Of a stretch of 64,000 bases of DNA, positions 9,730 through 20,103 are shown piece by piece. This DNA is from Deltaproteobacteria bacterium. Its GTDB lineage: Bacteria > Desulfobacterota > GWC2-55-46 > UBA9637. How positions within the stretch are numbered: position 1 is the first letter of the stretch; the number at the start of each line of letters is the position of its first letter. The notes under the pieces are model-generated. The model searched no databases. It saw nothing but the letters and a program-made list of their open reading frames with translations, and was not told the DNA's origin. Where the stretch lies: the NCBI GenBank assembly GCA_016214995.1, contig JACRML010000058.1, positions 4,194 to 68,193 of the forward strand. The letters are read 5' to 3'. A program made the position numbers and the translations under genes.

Positions 9730-11751
9730 TCAGGTTCCGGGGTTCTCGTTTGGTTTGTCTGGAGCATCGCCGTTTTTATCACCGGTCTCTTCCTTTTTTT
9801 CCGGAGGGGCGTCCTTAAATATTTTTTCCCTTTCATTTTTTAAGTCGTCAAGACCGCCGAAATCATTTACTATAGTCGGCGTCAGATAAATAAGGAGATT
9901 TGTCTTTTGCTTATTCGTTGAAGAATATTTAAAGAGCCATCCGAGAAGCGGAATATCTCCAAGAAGAGGCACCTTTGTCACACTCTTTATCTCCTTATCC
10001 TGTATAAGCCCGCCAATAACTATAGTCTGCCTGTTCCTTACAACCACAGATGTCTTTGCGGACCGTTTTGTAGTTATGGCAAGGCCTTCGCTTGCAGTGG
10101 TCGGGGCAACGGCGGATATCTCCTGATAGATGTCTAATTTAACATAGTCTCCAGCGCTTACCTGCGGCTTGATTCTAAGTGTAATACCGATGTCTTTTCT
10201 TTCTATGGATTGGAGAATTGGCTGATTTGTTGTAGTGGCCTCTCTTTCGAGCTTGCTTAAAAATGGCACATTCTCACCGACTACAATCTCCGCTTCTTTA
10301 TTATCGCTTGTCAGTATATGAGGCGTGGAAAGGACATTTATAGTATCCCTGAATTCAGAAAGGCCAAAGAGTGCGGCAAAACCAGGAGCGGTCAGGTTAA
10401 AGCTGGAACCGTCCGGTCTTGTTACAGGCACCGAAATAAAATTGCCAACACCTCCGATGGTCAGGCCTGCCATGCCGCTTATTATCTTCTGGATGGATGA
10501 TGAATCAACAGTCCCCACACCGCCGATTGCTACCGGTTCACCCTTTTGGGTAGCGGAGACCCGCCACTTGACGCCAAGATCAATGGCCTTGTTTATGGAT
10601 ACCTCTGTTATCATTGCCTCCACAAAAACCTGCCTTGGCCGCATGTCAAGTTTTTTGATAATCTGCACAAGATTTTGATAATCCGCCGGCGAAGCCATAA
10701 TAATCAGCGAATTTGTCGCCTTGTCCGGAGTTATACTTATCCTGCCGCTAAATTCAGATGATGCCTGCTGTCCCGGAGGAGTTACGGGGGGGGCGCCGGG
10801 GCCAGTGGTTTGTCTGGTAATACCTTCCAAAACCTTAGAGGTATCGGTTGCATCGGCATTTTCCAGGTAATACACATTAATCCTTGAGCTTGTTTCAGGC
10901 GGAGGAACATCCAGAAGGGATATGAACCTTTTATATTCTTCCTTTTCATCCGGTGAACCAAAGAGGATAATGGCATTTAACCTTGTATCAGTTACGAATC
11001 TCAAGCTATCCTGGCCTGCCTGCGGCGCTGCTCCTGTTTTTGGTTGAACCCACTTCTTTCCAATTCCTTGTTTTAATATATGAGACAATGTTTCCACCTG
11101 GGCGTATTTCAGATATATTATCTCATGAGGATAGGTTATCTGCTCTACATCCATAAGTTTTACAATATCCAGAATCTTTTCAATATTCTGCATAGTGTCA
11201 AGGATGAGAATCGCATTTCCTGAGCCAAAGGCTGATAAATAGCCGTCTCTGGACACTAATGGTTGGAGGATTGGCAGTACCTCCTGAATCGGGATGAATG
11301 CAAGGGTGATGAGCCTTGCAATATATGATTCATTAACAACAGGTTTTTCCCTGTCTTTAAATACCCCTATGGAACTTTGCTTGACCATTGAAGATGGGAT
11401 GATTTTGTAGGCTGCGCCGGTTTCTATAACAGTAAAACCCTTTAACTCCAGAACAGAGGTAAAGAGATTAAATGCCTCTTCTATGCTGAACTTGGAAGGG
11501 GCGACTACGGTAATCTTCCCTCTAATGCGCTCATCATATATGAAGTTCTTGCCTGTTATCTCGCTTATGAATCTTATAACGGTGGGTAATTCCACATCCA
11601 CAAAGTTCAGGGTGATGTCCTCCTCTTTTTTCTGTTTCGCTGAGCCTTTGTCTTCGGTATGCGCTAAAACAGGTGTGAGGATATATGGAAGGATGAGGAG
11701 GCAATATAAAAACAGATAAATGGATTTTCTTTTTAACGCAGTTTTATTCAT
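9730..11751 (-). CDS. gspD: type II secretion secretin GspD
   Basis: Secretin N domains (NFVDVELPTVIRFISEITGKNFIYD) and secretin domain (PLLGDIPLLGWLFK). Confidence 0.97.
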   Translation of the reverse strand: MNKTALKRKSIYLFLYCLLILPYILTPVLAHTEDKGSAKQKKEEDITLNFVDVELPTVIRFISEITGKNFIYDERIRGKITVVAPSKFSIEEAFNLFTSVLELKGFTVIETGAAYKIIPSSMVKQSSIGVFKDREKPVVNESYIARLITLAFIPIQEVLPILQPLVSRDGYLSAFGSGNAILILDTMQNIEKILDIVKLMDVEQITYPHEIIYLKYAQVETLSHILKQGIGKKWVQPKTGAAPQAGQDSLRFVTDTRLNAIILFGSPDEKEEYKRFISLLDVPPPETSSRINVYYLENADATDTSKVLEGITRQTTGPGAPPVTPPGQQASSEFSGRISITPDKATNSLIIMASPADYQNLVQIIKKLDMRPRQVFVEAMITEVSINKAIDLGVKWRVSATQKGEPVAIGGVGTVDSSSIQKIISGMAGLTIGGVGNFISVPVTRPDGSSFNLTAPGFAALFGLSEFRDTINVLSTPHILTSDNKEAEIVVGENVPFLSKLEREATTTNQPILQSIERKDIGITLRIKPQVSAGDYVKLDIYQEISAVAPTTASEGLAITTKRSAKTSVVVRNRQTIVIGGLIQDKEIKSVTKVPLLGDIPLLGWLFKYSSTNKQKTNLLIYLTPTIVNDFGGLDDLKNEREKIFKDAPPEKKEETGDKNGDAPDKPNENPGT

Positions 11752-11773
11752 TGTCTGTCACCAAAATTTCAAG

Positions 11774-12685
11774 CTACCTGATTTGATATTTCATATTCAT
11801 CTTCTGGCCACCCCTTATGATATCCAGAGATATGCTGGATTCTCCCTTAAGGCCTGTCAGAAGCTGTACTCCCTTTTCAGGAGAGTCTATCTTATAATTA
11901 TTCACGCTCAAAAGGATATCACCATTTTTCAATCCAATAAGATTGAATACCCCTTCCGGCTTAATTTCACTAACGCGGAAACCAACAATTTTATCGCCTT
12001 CTTTATAAGGCAAAAGCCTGCCGTCGGTCAATATCTTGCTCATATCCTCCAGGGTTTTAGAGAGCGCCCTCTGGTCAATAAGCCATTCCTTTTCACTAAT
12101 CTTTTGAGATATTACAGGAGTCTGGCTTGCTTGATTAGGCAAAATACTATCTGTGGTTTTGCGCCCACCGTCAACAGCTTCAAGGGGCATGCTGAAAGAT
12201 ATCTTTCTGGCATCTGCAAGGATGTACGCCTTGTCTTTCTCAACCTCTTTTAAAATACCGATGTCAAATACCGGCGCATTTTTCTTAAATACCTCTTGTC
12301 TCTTTGAGCCTATTTCTTCAAATATTGCATAACTTTTTCCAAGCTGTGAAACAACTGTTCCAATAAGTGCAATTGTCCGTTCCGCAGAATTTTCCTGAGA
12401 AGGAAGAACATCTTTAGATGTCGATGTATCCAAAAAGCTAAATTTATCGGCAGGGGCAAACAGCCCGTTTTCTACTATAGGGGCATAATCGTTAAACTCC
12501 CTTTTAGGTTTAATCTCTGAACCTGTCCGGGTGTTTTTTTGCAATTCTGCTTTCTGCAGAACCGCATAGCGGGTAGTTAGATAGTTGCTGGCTAAGGACG
12601 CCAAGGAAAATAGAATACCAAGGAACAACAGCAGGTTAAGAATATTTATTGATTTTACATTCACACTTTTCACAAGAATACGCAA
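11774..12685 (-). CDS. gspC: type II secretion protein GspC (PDZ domain)
   Basis: N-terminal TM, HR domain, C-terminal PDZ (GVFNLIGLKNGDILLSVN). Confidence 0.85.
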   Translation of the reverse strand: MRILVKSVNVKSINILNLLLFLGILFSLASLASNYLTTRYAVLQKAELQKNTRTGSEIKPKREFNDYAPIVENGLFAPADKFSFLDTSTSKDVLPSQENSAERTIALIGTVVSQLGKSYAIFEEIGSKRQEVFKKNAPVFDIGILKEVEKDKAYILADARKISFSMPLEAVDGGRKTTDSILPNQASQTPVISQKISEKEWLIDQRALSKTLEDMSKILTDGRLLPYKEGDKIVGFRVSEIKPEGVFNLIGLKNGDILLSVNNYKIDSPEKGVQLLTGLKGESSISLDIIRGGQKMNMKYQIR

Positions 12686-12755
12686 TGATTGAAACGGCTC
12701 TATTTAAGTATAAAAGATACTATAAAATGGCATAGAAGGCAAATAGAAAGATTAA

Positions 12756-13007
12756 CCCCAAAATAGACATTGACTTTGGGGGAAACTGCCCCCGATTGAT
12801 TCTATCGGGGGCTGCCAGACGAGGCAGAGGCCATTTTTGCTACGAGCCGTATGACACCTATACGGTGAGGAGCAAAAATTGGCCGATAATTAAGTCGGGG
12901 CACCCAAGCAAAGCTTGGGGCGGGCAAATCGGCTGGCTCCATTTGCTGCGAAGCAATTGCAAGTGGAAGATTTAAAATAGCGAGGTTTTTAATCGCTATT
13001 TTACGGA
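12756..13007. repeat. Mosaic repeat family 1, copy A
   Basis: ccccaaaatagacattgactttgggg ... gagcaaaaattggccgataa ... caaatcggctggctccat ... gcgaagcaattgcaag ... taaaatagcgaggtttttaatcgctattttacgg; same order of blocks as copies B, C, D. Confidence 0.9.
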
Positions 13008-13101
13008 TTAATCTTTATTTTGACAATGCGCTTATTTTGTATTATAGATACCTGTAAATTGTCTATACGTCGTAAGACGTATGCCAAGGGGAGTTGATTG
13101 A

Positions 13102-13905
13102 ATGCAGAAAACCCTTTTTGCCCTTTATATGCTTTTCCTATCGCTGTCATTCATTACGGCTTGCGGAAAGGATGGTTCTCATAAGGAAAAAATCGCCTCG
13201 GTTAATGATACCACAATATCTCTGGAGGAATTTCAAAAAGAGGTCTCCATACTCTCCAGGAGAAACCCCACCCTTAAGATAACACCCAATGCACTTGAAG
13301 AACATCTCAACGCCGTCATTGACAAAAAACTTTTGCTGCAGGAGGCAAGAAAACAAGGATTGACAGAGAACCCGCGGTTTGCAGAAACAATAAAAACATT
13401 CTGGGAACAGACCCTGATAAAAGAGCTTATAGACTTAAAAACCAGAGAGTGGGCGGGCAGGCTTTTCGCAACAGAAGAGGAGGTCAATAAACATTATCAA
13501 AGAATGCAGTATATGCCGACGGTAAGATTGGCAAAGGCAAAAAACAAGGAGCAGGCCGTGGCAATAAAGGAGAAGATGCTGAAAAAGCTACCAGTTGCCG
13601 GAGAAGATACAGTAGGGCCGTTGTTTATTGAAGATGTTGGGTCGAGTGCACTTCTTAATGCGTTTGACATGGATGCCGGAGAAATAATGGCATATGAAAC
13701 TGACGGCGGGTATATTGTCATATCTGTTGTAAAAAGCGAAAAGACCGAGCTCCCCACGCTTAAAGAGAGTTATGACCATATCAAGGAATATATCGTTGAA
13801 CAAAAAAAGCAGGGCATTTTGGAAGAATGGCTGAAGAATGTTAAAGGCGCTGCCAAAATACAAATCAATGCCGGTATGTTGAAAGGGCTTGCCAATGAGC
13901 AATAA
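13102..13905 (+). CDS. SurA/PpiC-like lipoprotein (SurA N-terminal domain plus rotamase-like region)
   Basis: Lipobox-like SFITACGKDGS; SVNDTTISLEEFQKEVS. Confidence 0.75.
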   Translation: MQKTLFALYMLFLSLSFITACGKDGSHKEKIASVNDTTISLEEFQKEVSILSRRNPTLKITPNALEEHLNAVIDKKLLLQEARKQGLTENPRFAETIKTFWEQTLIKELIDLKTREWAGRLFATEEEVNKHYQRMQYMPTVRLAKAKNKEQAVAIKEKMLKKLPVAGEDTVGPLFIEDVGSSALLNAFDMDAGEIMAYETDGGYIVISVVKSEKTELPTLKESYDHIKEYIVEQKKQGILEEWLKNVKGAAKIQINAGMLKGLANEQ

Positions 13906-14518
13906 AAAAGCCTTCAGACGCAGAAACTATTTTATTAAAAAGAAATTCCAGTTGGATTTCTCTGCCAAATTTCTCGTAATTATAGTCATAGAGGCTGTTT
14001 TGGCAATCGGACTTTTTCTGTATCTGTCAAAAGGCACTTTGACAACCGGCTACTCTGGCTCAGAGCTTAAGGTGGCCAGCACATATAATTTTTTCCTCCC
14101 CATGCTGCTTTTCTCAAATATCATAATAGTCGGCGTAACCGCCATTGCAGGCATAGTTGTCCTTGTATTTTTATCGCACAGGATAGCCGGGCCGTTATAC
14201 CGCTTTGAAAATGTTTTAAGCGAAATCGGCAGCGGCAACCTGACCTACAGATTCAAATTAAGAGAAACAGACCAGTTTGTGGAATTGGAGAACAGCATAA
14301 ATGTACTGGCCACTGCTATTGATAAAAACATGGGCGGGGTAAAATACAGGGTTGCTGAAATTTCAAGGTTTCTTGCTGAGATAAAAACTGCCGCCGCCCA
14401 AAATCCCAATGCACCTTCTAACAAAGAACTGGACCGCCTCTTACAGGAGACAGCTAAAAAACTTCTTGAACTTGAGGAGGCTGTAAATTATTTCAAAACC
14501 TCAGGCCGTGAGAGTTGA
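13889..14518 (+). CDS. HAMP-domain membrane protein (signal transduction, no kinase domain)
   Basis: Two TM segments, HRIAGPLYRFENVLSEIGSGNLTYRFKLRETDQF HAMP pattern. Confidence 0.75.
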   Translation: MPMSNKKAFRRRNYFIKKKFQLDFSAKFLVIIVIEAVLAIGLFLYLSKGTLTTGYSGSELKVASTYNFFLPMLLFSNIIIVGVTAIAGIVVLVFLSHRIAGPLYRFENVLSEIGSGNLTYRFKLRETDQFVELENSINVLATAIDKNMGGVKYRVAEISRFLAEIKTAAAQNPNAPSNKELDRLLQETAKKLLELEEAVNYFKTSGRES

Positions 14519-15119
14519 GGATTTAAGGAGCGCAAAGTTGAGGAGCTTATCTTTTATCTCCACCCTCTGTCTCCACTCTCTTTTTTTTATTCTTTTCATC
14601 GCCTCCTGCCCGCCTTACCTTGCCGCACAAGACTTGCCCTCTGCACAAACAGGGGAGTGGGCAAATCCATACAACACGCAATATGCGAGCATATACTATT
14701 TAAACGACAGTGACCTCAACACCTTTACCCGAAGTATCGGCAAAGGATTTACATTTTTCGGCGAGAGCCAGGAAAAGAATCCTATGCTGGCAAAAAACAG
14801 GGTTGATGCTATTGTTGAAAGGGTAAGACGTCTCCTTGATATGTATCCGCCAAATCTTCATTTTAAGGTATATATTTATCCCACTTACAGGGAATTAGGA
14901 TTAAAATATCTCGGTACAGGCAATTTTGGAAAATCCCCCATAGCGTTTTACAATCACAAAACTGCGGCTATCTATATTTCGCTACCTGACATCACCGGCG
15001 GCGTCTTAGCTCATGAAATAGCCCATACTGTGATAAATTTCTTCTTTGCTGTGCCGCCGCCCACAGCCATGCAGGAGATACTTGCGCAATATGTAGACAG
15101 GCACTTGTGGGAAGAATAG
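14508..15119 (+). CDS. Secreted gluzincin-like (HExxH) putative peptidase
   Basis: Signal peptide, GGVLAHEIAHTVINFFF, downstream MQEILAQYV. Confidence 0.6.
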   Translation: MRVEDLRSAKLRSLSFISTLCLHSLFFILFIASCPPYLAAQDLPSAQTGEWANPYNTQYASIYYLNDSDLNTFTRSIGKGFTFFGESQEKNPMLAKNRVDAIVERVRRLLDMYPPNLHFKVYIYPTYRELGLKYLGTGNFGKSPIAFYNHKTAAIYISLPDITGGVLAHEIAHTVINFFFAVPPPTAMQEILAQYVDRHLWEE

Positions 15120-15217
15120 GGAATTATAGCTAATAGCTGTTAGCTCATGGCAACTGTAATACATAACTCCTGCTGTAAAAAGGCGATTAAAAACCTATTT
15201 TTGGAATGGAATAACGA

Positions 15218-15940
15218 ATGATTTATAAGGCCATTCAAACACTCTTTTGGAAAGCCTATTTGCTCAAGGATGCTGTTTTTAAAAAAAGGCTTTACACTGA
15301 GCTAAAAAACATAACAAAATCCCTTGAAGAGGATATATTTACGAAACTTCAAACAAAGGGAATTGCAGAAGCCTCTATTGAAATAACCGGGACAGCGCTA
15401 AATATTAATCAAGATACCCGCGAAAAGCGGGGGGTGGAATATTCTATCCCTGCCTCCCAAAACGTAATAGAATTTTTCAAGGCATTGGATATATCAAAAA
15501 TAGAGATGGATGTAATTCTTGAATCCAATCATATAATGGATATCTTTAGAGACATATATGCAATGAGAAAAGAAACCTCCATTCTAACCGACGGCTATAA
15601 GGCATATTGCGCCATAACCAATTTTTTTCCGGATTCAGGCCTCCTATCAATTAAATATAACTACTGCGAGCTTGACTATTCAAAGGCAGTAAGGGGTATT
15701 AAAGAAAAAGGCAGGCTTAAGGACCACAGGGTGTTTTTCCAGAAAGCACTCCCCTACAGCATCACCGTAGGTTTGGTCGTTATGATGTTAGGGCTGGCAT
15801 ATCCATATATCCCAAGGCAGTTATCCATAGCCCTGTCAATCCTGATAGGACTCGGGGCAGGAATCGTCACCTTTCTGATATTTCAGGTATTGGGTTCTCT
15901 GGAATATGACAAAGAGTATCTGGAAAAGAGATTAAAATAG
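15218..15940 (+). CDS. Hypothetical protein with two C-terminal TM helices
   Basis: ORF only; no family recognised. Confidence 0.55.
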   Translation: MIYKAIQTLFWKAYLLKDAVFKKRLYTELKNITKSLEEDIFTKLQTKGIAEASIEITGTALNINQDTREKRGVEYSIPASQNVIEFFKALDISKIEMDVILESNHIMDIFRDIYAMRKETSILTDGYKAYCAITNFFPDSGLLSIKYNYCELDYSKAVRGIKEKGRLKDHRVFFQKALPYSITVGLVVMMLGLAYPYIPRQLSIALSILIGLGAGIVTFLIFQVLGSLEYDKEYLEKRLK

Positions 15941-16689
15941 GGACACATCCCTTTTATTCTTGACATCAAGATAAGCCAATGTTATGAAAGTTGCCATGCC
16001 AAGGATAGCAAGAATAGTAGGCTTAGGATACCCACATCATGTAATACAACGCGGGAATAACAGAGAAAAGGCCTTTCTTGACGATGAAGATTTTAAGAAG
16101 TATCTCTCCCTGCTTGAAAAATACTTATCTAATAAGGAAGTTGTATTGCAGGGTTACTGCCTCATGACTAACCACGTTCATTTGCTTTTGAAACCCCTCA
16201 AAGAACAATCGTTATACAAGATGATACAGGGGATAACCCTTTGCTACACGCAGTATTTTAACAAAAAATACAGCCGAACTGGTCGTTTGTGGGAATGCAG
16301 ATACCATTCCTGCATAGTTGATGCAGAACGGTATTTATGGGCAGTAAGCCGGTATATAGAAAGAAATCCAGTAAGGGCAAAAATGGTTGAAAACCCAGAA
16401 GACTACTGCTATTCCAGCGCAAGGTCACACATTTTGGGAGAAGCAAATCAATTAGTTGGAGAACCGTTGTTTGGTGAAAGAGAGTTATCTCAATATAAGT
16501 TATTTGTCAAACGTAAGGAAAAAGAAGAAGAACTGGAAGATATAAGAAAAAAAACAAGGTTAGGAAAGCCCCTTGGAGGTGAAACATTTTTAAGATTACT
16601 TTCAGAAAAATTAGGTCGAACACTTACATTTAGGCCAAAGGGCAGGCCAGCAAAAAAAGAGGGTGGTTAATGGGATGTGTCCCTATTTT
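15934..16689. mobile_element. Y1/RAYT transposase unit bounded by 18-bp perfect inverted repeats
   Basis: aaaatagggacacatccc (15934-15951) and gggatgtgtccctatttt (16672-16689) are exact reverse complements flanking the transposase ORF. Confidence 0.85.
15984..16670 (+). CDS. REP-associated tyrosine transposase (IS200-like Y1 domain)
   Basis: MPRIARIVGLGYPHHVIQRGNNREKAF ... YCLMTNHVHLLLKP ... GRLWECRYHSCIVD..YLWAVSRYIERNPVRA. Confidence 0.95.
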   Translation: MKVAMPRIARIVGLGYPHHVIQRGNNREKAFLDDEDFKKYLSLLEKYLSNKEVVLQGYCLMTNHVHLLLKPLKEQSLYKMIQGITLCYTQYFNKKYSRTGRLWECRYHSCIVDAERYLWAVSRYIERNPVRAKMVENPEDYCYSSARSHILGEANQLVGEPLFGERELSQYKLFVKRKEKEEELEDIRKKTRLGKPLGGETFLRLLSEKLGRTLTFRPKGRPAKKEGG

Positions 16690-18007
16690 TGATAGAGATA
16701 TCCTTAAGCTTGCGTCTCCAGTATTCTTCGGCATGCTTTCTCAAACCATATTTTATGCTGTTGACACCGCAATGCTGGGAAGGGTTGGTGTGGAGGCATT
16801 GGCAGCGGCCGGTCTCGGCTGGTTCGTTGTCTGGATATTCGGAAGCAGCCTTATGGCTGTGGAGGTGGGAACTCAAAGCCTTGTCGCAAGGAGATTTGGA
16901 GAGGGAGATTGGGAGGCATGCGGAGGGCTTCTTGACAATACCTTATTCTTCACCGTATCATTCGGACTTGTATTTTCTGTTGCAGGCTATCTCCTTGCCC
17001 CAGTGATATTTCCATACCTGTCCGATGATATAAAAATTATTCAGTATGGAATTGATTATCTGAAATACAGTTTCTTATCCATATTCTTTTTTCTCATCAT
17101 TGCCGCATTCAGGGGATTTTTTGACGGCCTTGGCCAACCGCATCTCTTTATGAAGGTTGCTATTGTCATGAATATCTCAAATATTATATTTGACTATGCC
17201 CTCATCTTTGGAAAATTTGGCTTTCCAAGACTTGAGGTAAAGGGTGCTGCCATTGCGTCGCTTATCGCCTCTTTAATAGGCGCTGCCTATTTCTTCAGCC
17301 TGAGTTTGAGAAATGGATTTGCAAGAAGATTCAGATATCTCAGTAGTTATACATTTGATCTGCCTGTTTTAAATTCTATCTTAAGGCTTGCCTTTCCTGC
17401 AATGATTAGGGTATTTTTCATAATGGCAGGGCTTACCATCTTTTTATGGATAGTAGGACGAATAGGTAAAACAGAGCTTGCGGCAAGCAACATACTCATG
17501 ACCCTTTCCTCTTTCACATTCCTCGCTGGTTATGGATTTGCAGTTGCGGCAGCTACTATGGTCAGCCAGAACCTCGGAAAAGGCAATGCGGAAGCTGCGG
17601 AAAGATACGGTTGGGAGGCTGTGAAGCTTGGACTCATATGCATGGGTTTTTTAGGAGTTATATTTATATTATTCCCAAAGATTATGCTTGAGATTTTTAC
17701 TGACCAAACTGCGGTCATAGATACCGGTAAAAACATACTTGTGCTCTTTGGGATAATACAATTTTTTGATGCTGTAAATCTTATCCTTTCCCATGCGCTT
17801 CAGGGTGCGGGCTGCACAAAGTGGGTTATGAAGGTAGAGGGGCTTGTGGTATGGCTTTTGTTTTTGCCGGCAGCATATATATTAAGTGTGGTATTGGGTT
17901 TCGGCCTTTATGGCGCATGGATAAGCATGTTTGCATATAGTTTGATTATGGCATTAAGCATGTTGTGGAAATTTAAGGCTGGCAAATGGAAAGAGGCGGA
18001 GATATAA
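16670..18007 (+). CDS. MATE family efflux transporter
   Basis: LASPVFFGMLSQTIFYAVDTAMLGRVGVEALAAAGLG; 12 TM pattern. Confidence 0.93.
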   Translation: MGCVPIFDRDILKLASPVFFGMLSQTIFYAVDTAMLGRVGVEALAAAGLGWFVVWIFGSSLMAVEVGTQSLVARRFGEGDWEACGGLLDNTLFFTVSFGLVFSVAGYLLAPVIFPYLSDDIKIIQYGIDYLKYSFLSIFFFLIIAAFRGFFDGLGQPHLFMKVAIVMNISNIIFDYALIFGKFGFPRLEVKGAAIASLIASLIGAAYFFSLSLRNGFARRFRYLSSYTFDLPVLNSILRLAFPAMIRVFFIMAGLTIFLWIVGRIGKTELAASNILMTLSSFTFLAGYGFAVAAATMVSQNLGKGNAEAAERYGWEAVKLGLICMGFLGVIFILFPKIMLEIFTDQTAVIDTGKNILVLFGIIQFFDAVNLILSHALQGAGCTKWVMKVEGLVVWLLFLPAAYILSVVLGFGLYGAWISMFAYSLIMALSMLWKFKAGKWKEAEI

Positions 18008-18075
18008 AAGAACAGGCAATGGGCAAGAGGCGCTAGGAAAACCTATAGCAATAGCCCCTCGCCCATAGCCTGTAT

Positions 18076-18594
18076 TTGAGGATGGTTTTGGAGATTATTG
18101 TAACGCAGGGCAGTCTTTTGGATGCCGATACAGATGCTATTGTAAATGCGGCAAACAGCCTTGGCCTTATGGGTGGCGGCGTGGCAATGGTCATAAAAAA
18201 GGCGGCGGGAGATATGGTGGAAGAAGAGGCAAAAAAACTTGCCCCTATACCGGTTGGCAAGGCAATATTAACAACAGCAGGAAGTCTAAAATTCAAAAGC
18301 ATCATCCACGCACCCACAATGGAAATACCCGGTATTAGGATTGTAGCTGCAAATGTTATAAAGGCGACCAAGGCAGCGCTTAAGCTGGCGGATGAAAATG
18401 GATATTCGGCCATAGCATTTCCAGGTATGGGCACAGGCATTGGTGGTGTAAAAAAATCCGTTGCAGCCAACGCCATGATTGAGACAATAAAAGATTTTAA
18501 TGCGCAGAATCTTAAAAAGGTTATACTTATTGATATAGATAATGAGATGGTGGAGGAATGGCGGCAGGCCGCAGCAGATAAAAAGCAGATATAA
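18076..18594 (+). CDS. Macro domain (ADP-ribose binding/O-acetyl-ADP-ribose deacetylase-like) protein
   Basis: GSLLDADTDAIVNAANSLGLMGGGVAMVIKKAAG ... AFPGMGTGIGGV. Confidence 0.9.
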   Translation: MRMVLEIIVTQGSLLDADTDAIVNAANSLGLMGGGVAMVIKKAAGDMVEEEAKKLAPIPVGKAILTTAGSLKFKSIIHAPTMEIPGIRIVAANVIKATKAALKLADENGYSAIAFPGMGTGIGGVKKSVAANAMIETIKDFNAQNLKKVILIDIDNEMVEEWRQAAADKKQI

Positions 18595-18678
18595 AAGTAT
18601 CAAAGTGTAATAGTGTTATAGGGACAGAAAGACATTCTCTGATTCTTTGATACCATGCCACCATGCAAAGATAATCAT

Positions 18679-20103
18679 ATGGCCCGAAATTACAGAACAG
18701 AAAGAGACCCTCTGGGCGAGAAAGATGTGCTTATAAATGCCTATTACGGCATCCAGACTGCAAGGGCTATTGAAAACTTTCCCATAAGCGGGATTACTCC
18801 GAAAAAGGAATTCATAACAGCCACAGCAATGGTAAAGAGGGCGACTGCCATTGCCAATATGACAAACGACAACCTTGATAAAAAGATTGGCAAGGCTATT
18901 GTCATGGCAGCGGATGAAATTATCAACGGAAGATTGCATAAAGAATTTATTGTGGATGTTTATCAGGCAGGCGCAGGCACATCCCATAACATGAACGCCA
19001 ATGAGGTGATTGCAAACAGGGCAATAGAGATTCTTGGCGGCAAAAAGGGAAATTACAAGCTCGTCCACCCCAACGACCATGTAAACATGTCTCAGTCAAC
19101 AAATGATACTGTGCCGACCGGCATGAGGATTGCCGGTCTGTTTATGACACACAAATTATTGGCTGAATTAAGGCTTTTGGAAAATACACTCACAGCCAAG
19201 GCAAAAGAGTTTGACGGCATTATTAAATCGGGACGGACCCATCTTCAGGATGCCGTTCCCATAAGGCTTGGGCAGGAATTTCACGCCTATGGCAAAACAA
19301 TTGCAAAGGGAATAAAAAGAATTGAAGCGGCGGAGGCCAGCTTAAAAGAACTCGGCATCGGCGCTACGGCGGCAGGCACAGGCATCAATACACATCCAAA
19401 TTACAGGAAGGAAGTTATACAGGCATTGAGGCATGTTACAGGGATAAAAGGCTTAAGACCTGCTGATGATATGCTTGAGGCAATAAACAGCATGGCTGAT
19501 TTCGTAAATCTGTCCTCGGCATTAAGAGGCCTTGCGATAGAACTTATACGGATTGCAAACGACCTGCGTCTTTTAAGCTCAGGCCCGCGAACAGGTTTTG
19601 CAGAGATAACCCTGCCTCCCGTCCAGCCGGGCTCATCCATCATGCCGGGCAAGGTAAATCCGGTTATGGCTGAGATGCTCAATATGGTCAGTTTTCAGGT
19701 TATGGGCAATGATTTGACTATTGCAATGGCGGCACAGGCAGGACAGCTTGAACTTAATGTGATGATGCCTGTGATAAACCACAATATGCTTCAGTCTCTC
19801 GAGATTCTTAAAAATAGTGTAAAAGCATTTACAGACAGGTGCGTAAAGGGCATAAAGGCAAATAAGACAAGATGCCGGGAGATGGCAGAAAAGAGCGTAG
19901 GCATTGCAACTGTTCTAAATCCGTTTGTTGGTTATCAGGCGGCAGCATCTGTTGCGAAAGAAGCAGTTGCAGGCGGGAAAACCATAAAAGAGATTGTGCT
20001 TAGAAACGGCATACTTTCTAAAAAAGAGATAGAAAAGATATTAGACACAATGGCCATGACAAGGCCAAGGGTTGTCAGAAAAAGTGACAAAGCATCAAAG
20101 TAA
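18679..20103 (+). CDS. aspA: aspartate ammonia-lyase
   Basis: Fumarase/aspartase signature GSSIMPGKVNPVMAEM; QSTNDTVPTGMRIA. Confidence 0.88.
   Translation: MARNYRTERDPLGEKDVLINAYYGIQTARAIENFPISGITPKKEFITATAMVKRATAIANMTNDNLDKKIGKAIVMAADEIINGRLHKEFIVDVYQAGAGTSHNMNANEVIANRAIEILGGKKGNYKLVHPNDHVNMSQSTNDTVPTGMRIAGLFMTHKLLAELRLLENTLTAKAKEFDGIIKSGRTHLQDAVPIRLGQEFHAYGKTIAKGIKRIEAAEASLKELGIGATAAGTGINTHPNYRKEVIQALRHVTGIKGLRPADDMLEAINSMADFVNLSSALRGLAIELIRIANDLRLLSSGPRTGFAEITLPPVQPGSSIMPGKVNPVMAEMLNMVSFQVMGNDLTIAMAAQAGQLELNVMMPVINHNMLQSLEILKNSVKAFTDRCVKGIKANKTRCREMAEKSVGIATVLNPFVGYQAAASVAKEAVAGGKTIKEIVLRNGILSKKEIEKILDTMAMTRPRVVRKSDKASK

Noticed and set aside
10318-10761. Plus-strand ORFs antisense to gspD (117 aa and others)
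   Set aside because: Shadow ORFs of a well-supported secretin gene.
18616-19080. Minus-strand 154-aa ORF over aspA
   Set aside because: Antisense to the clear aspartase frame; Cys/His-rich composition is a codon-complement artefact.
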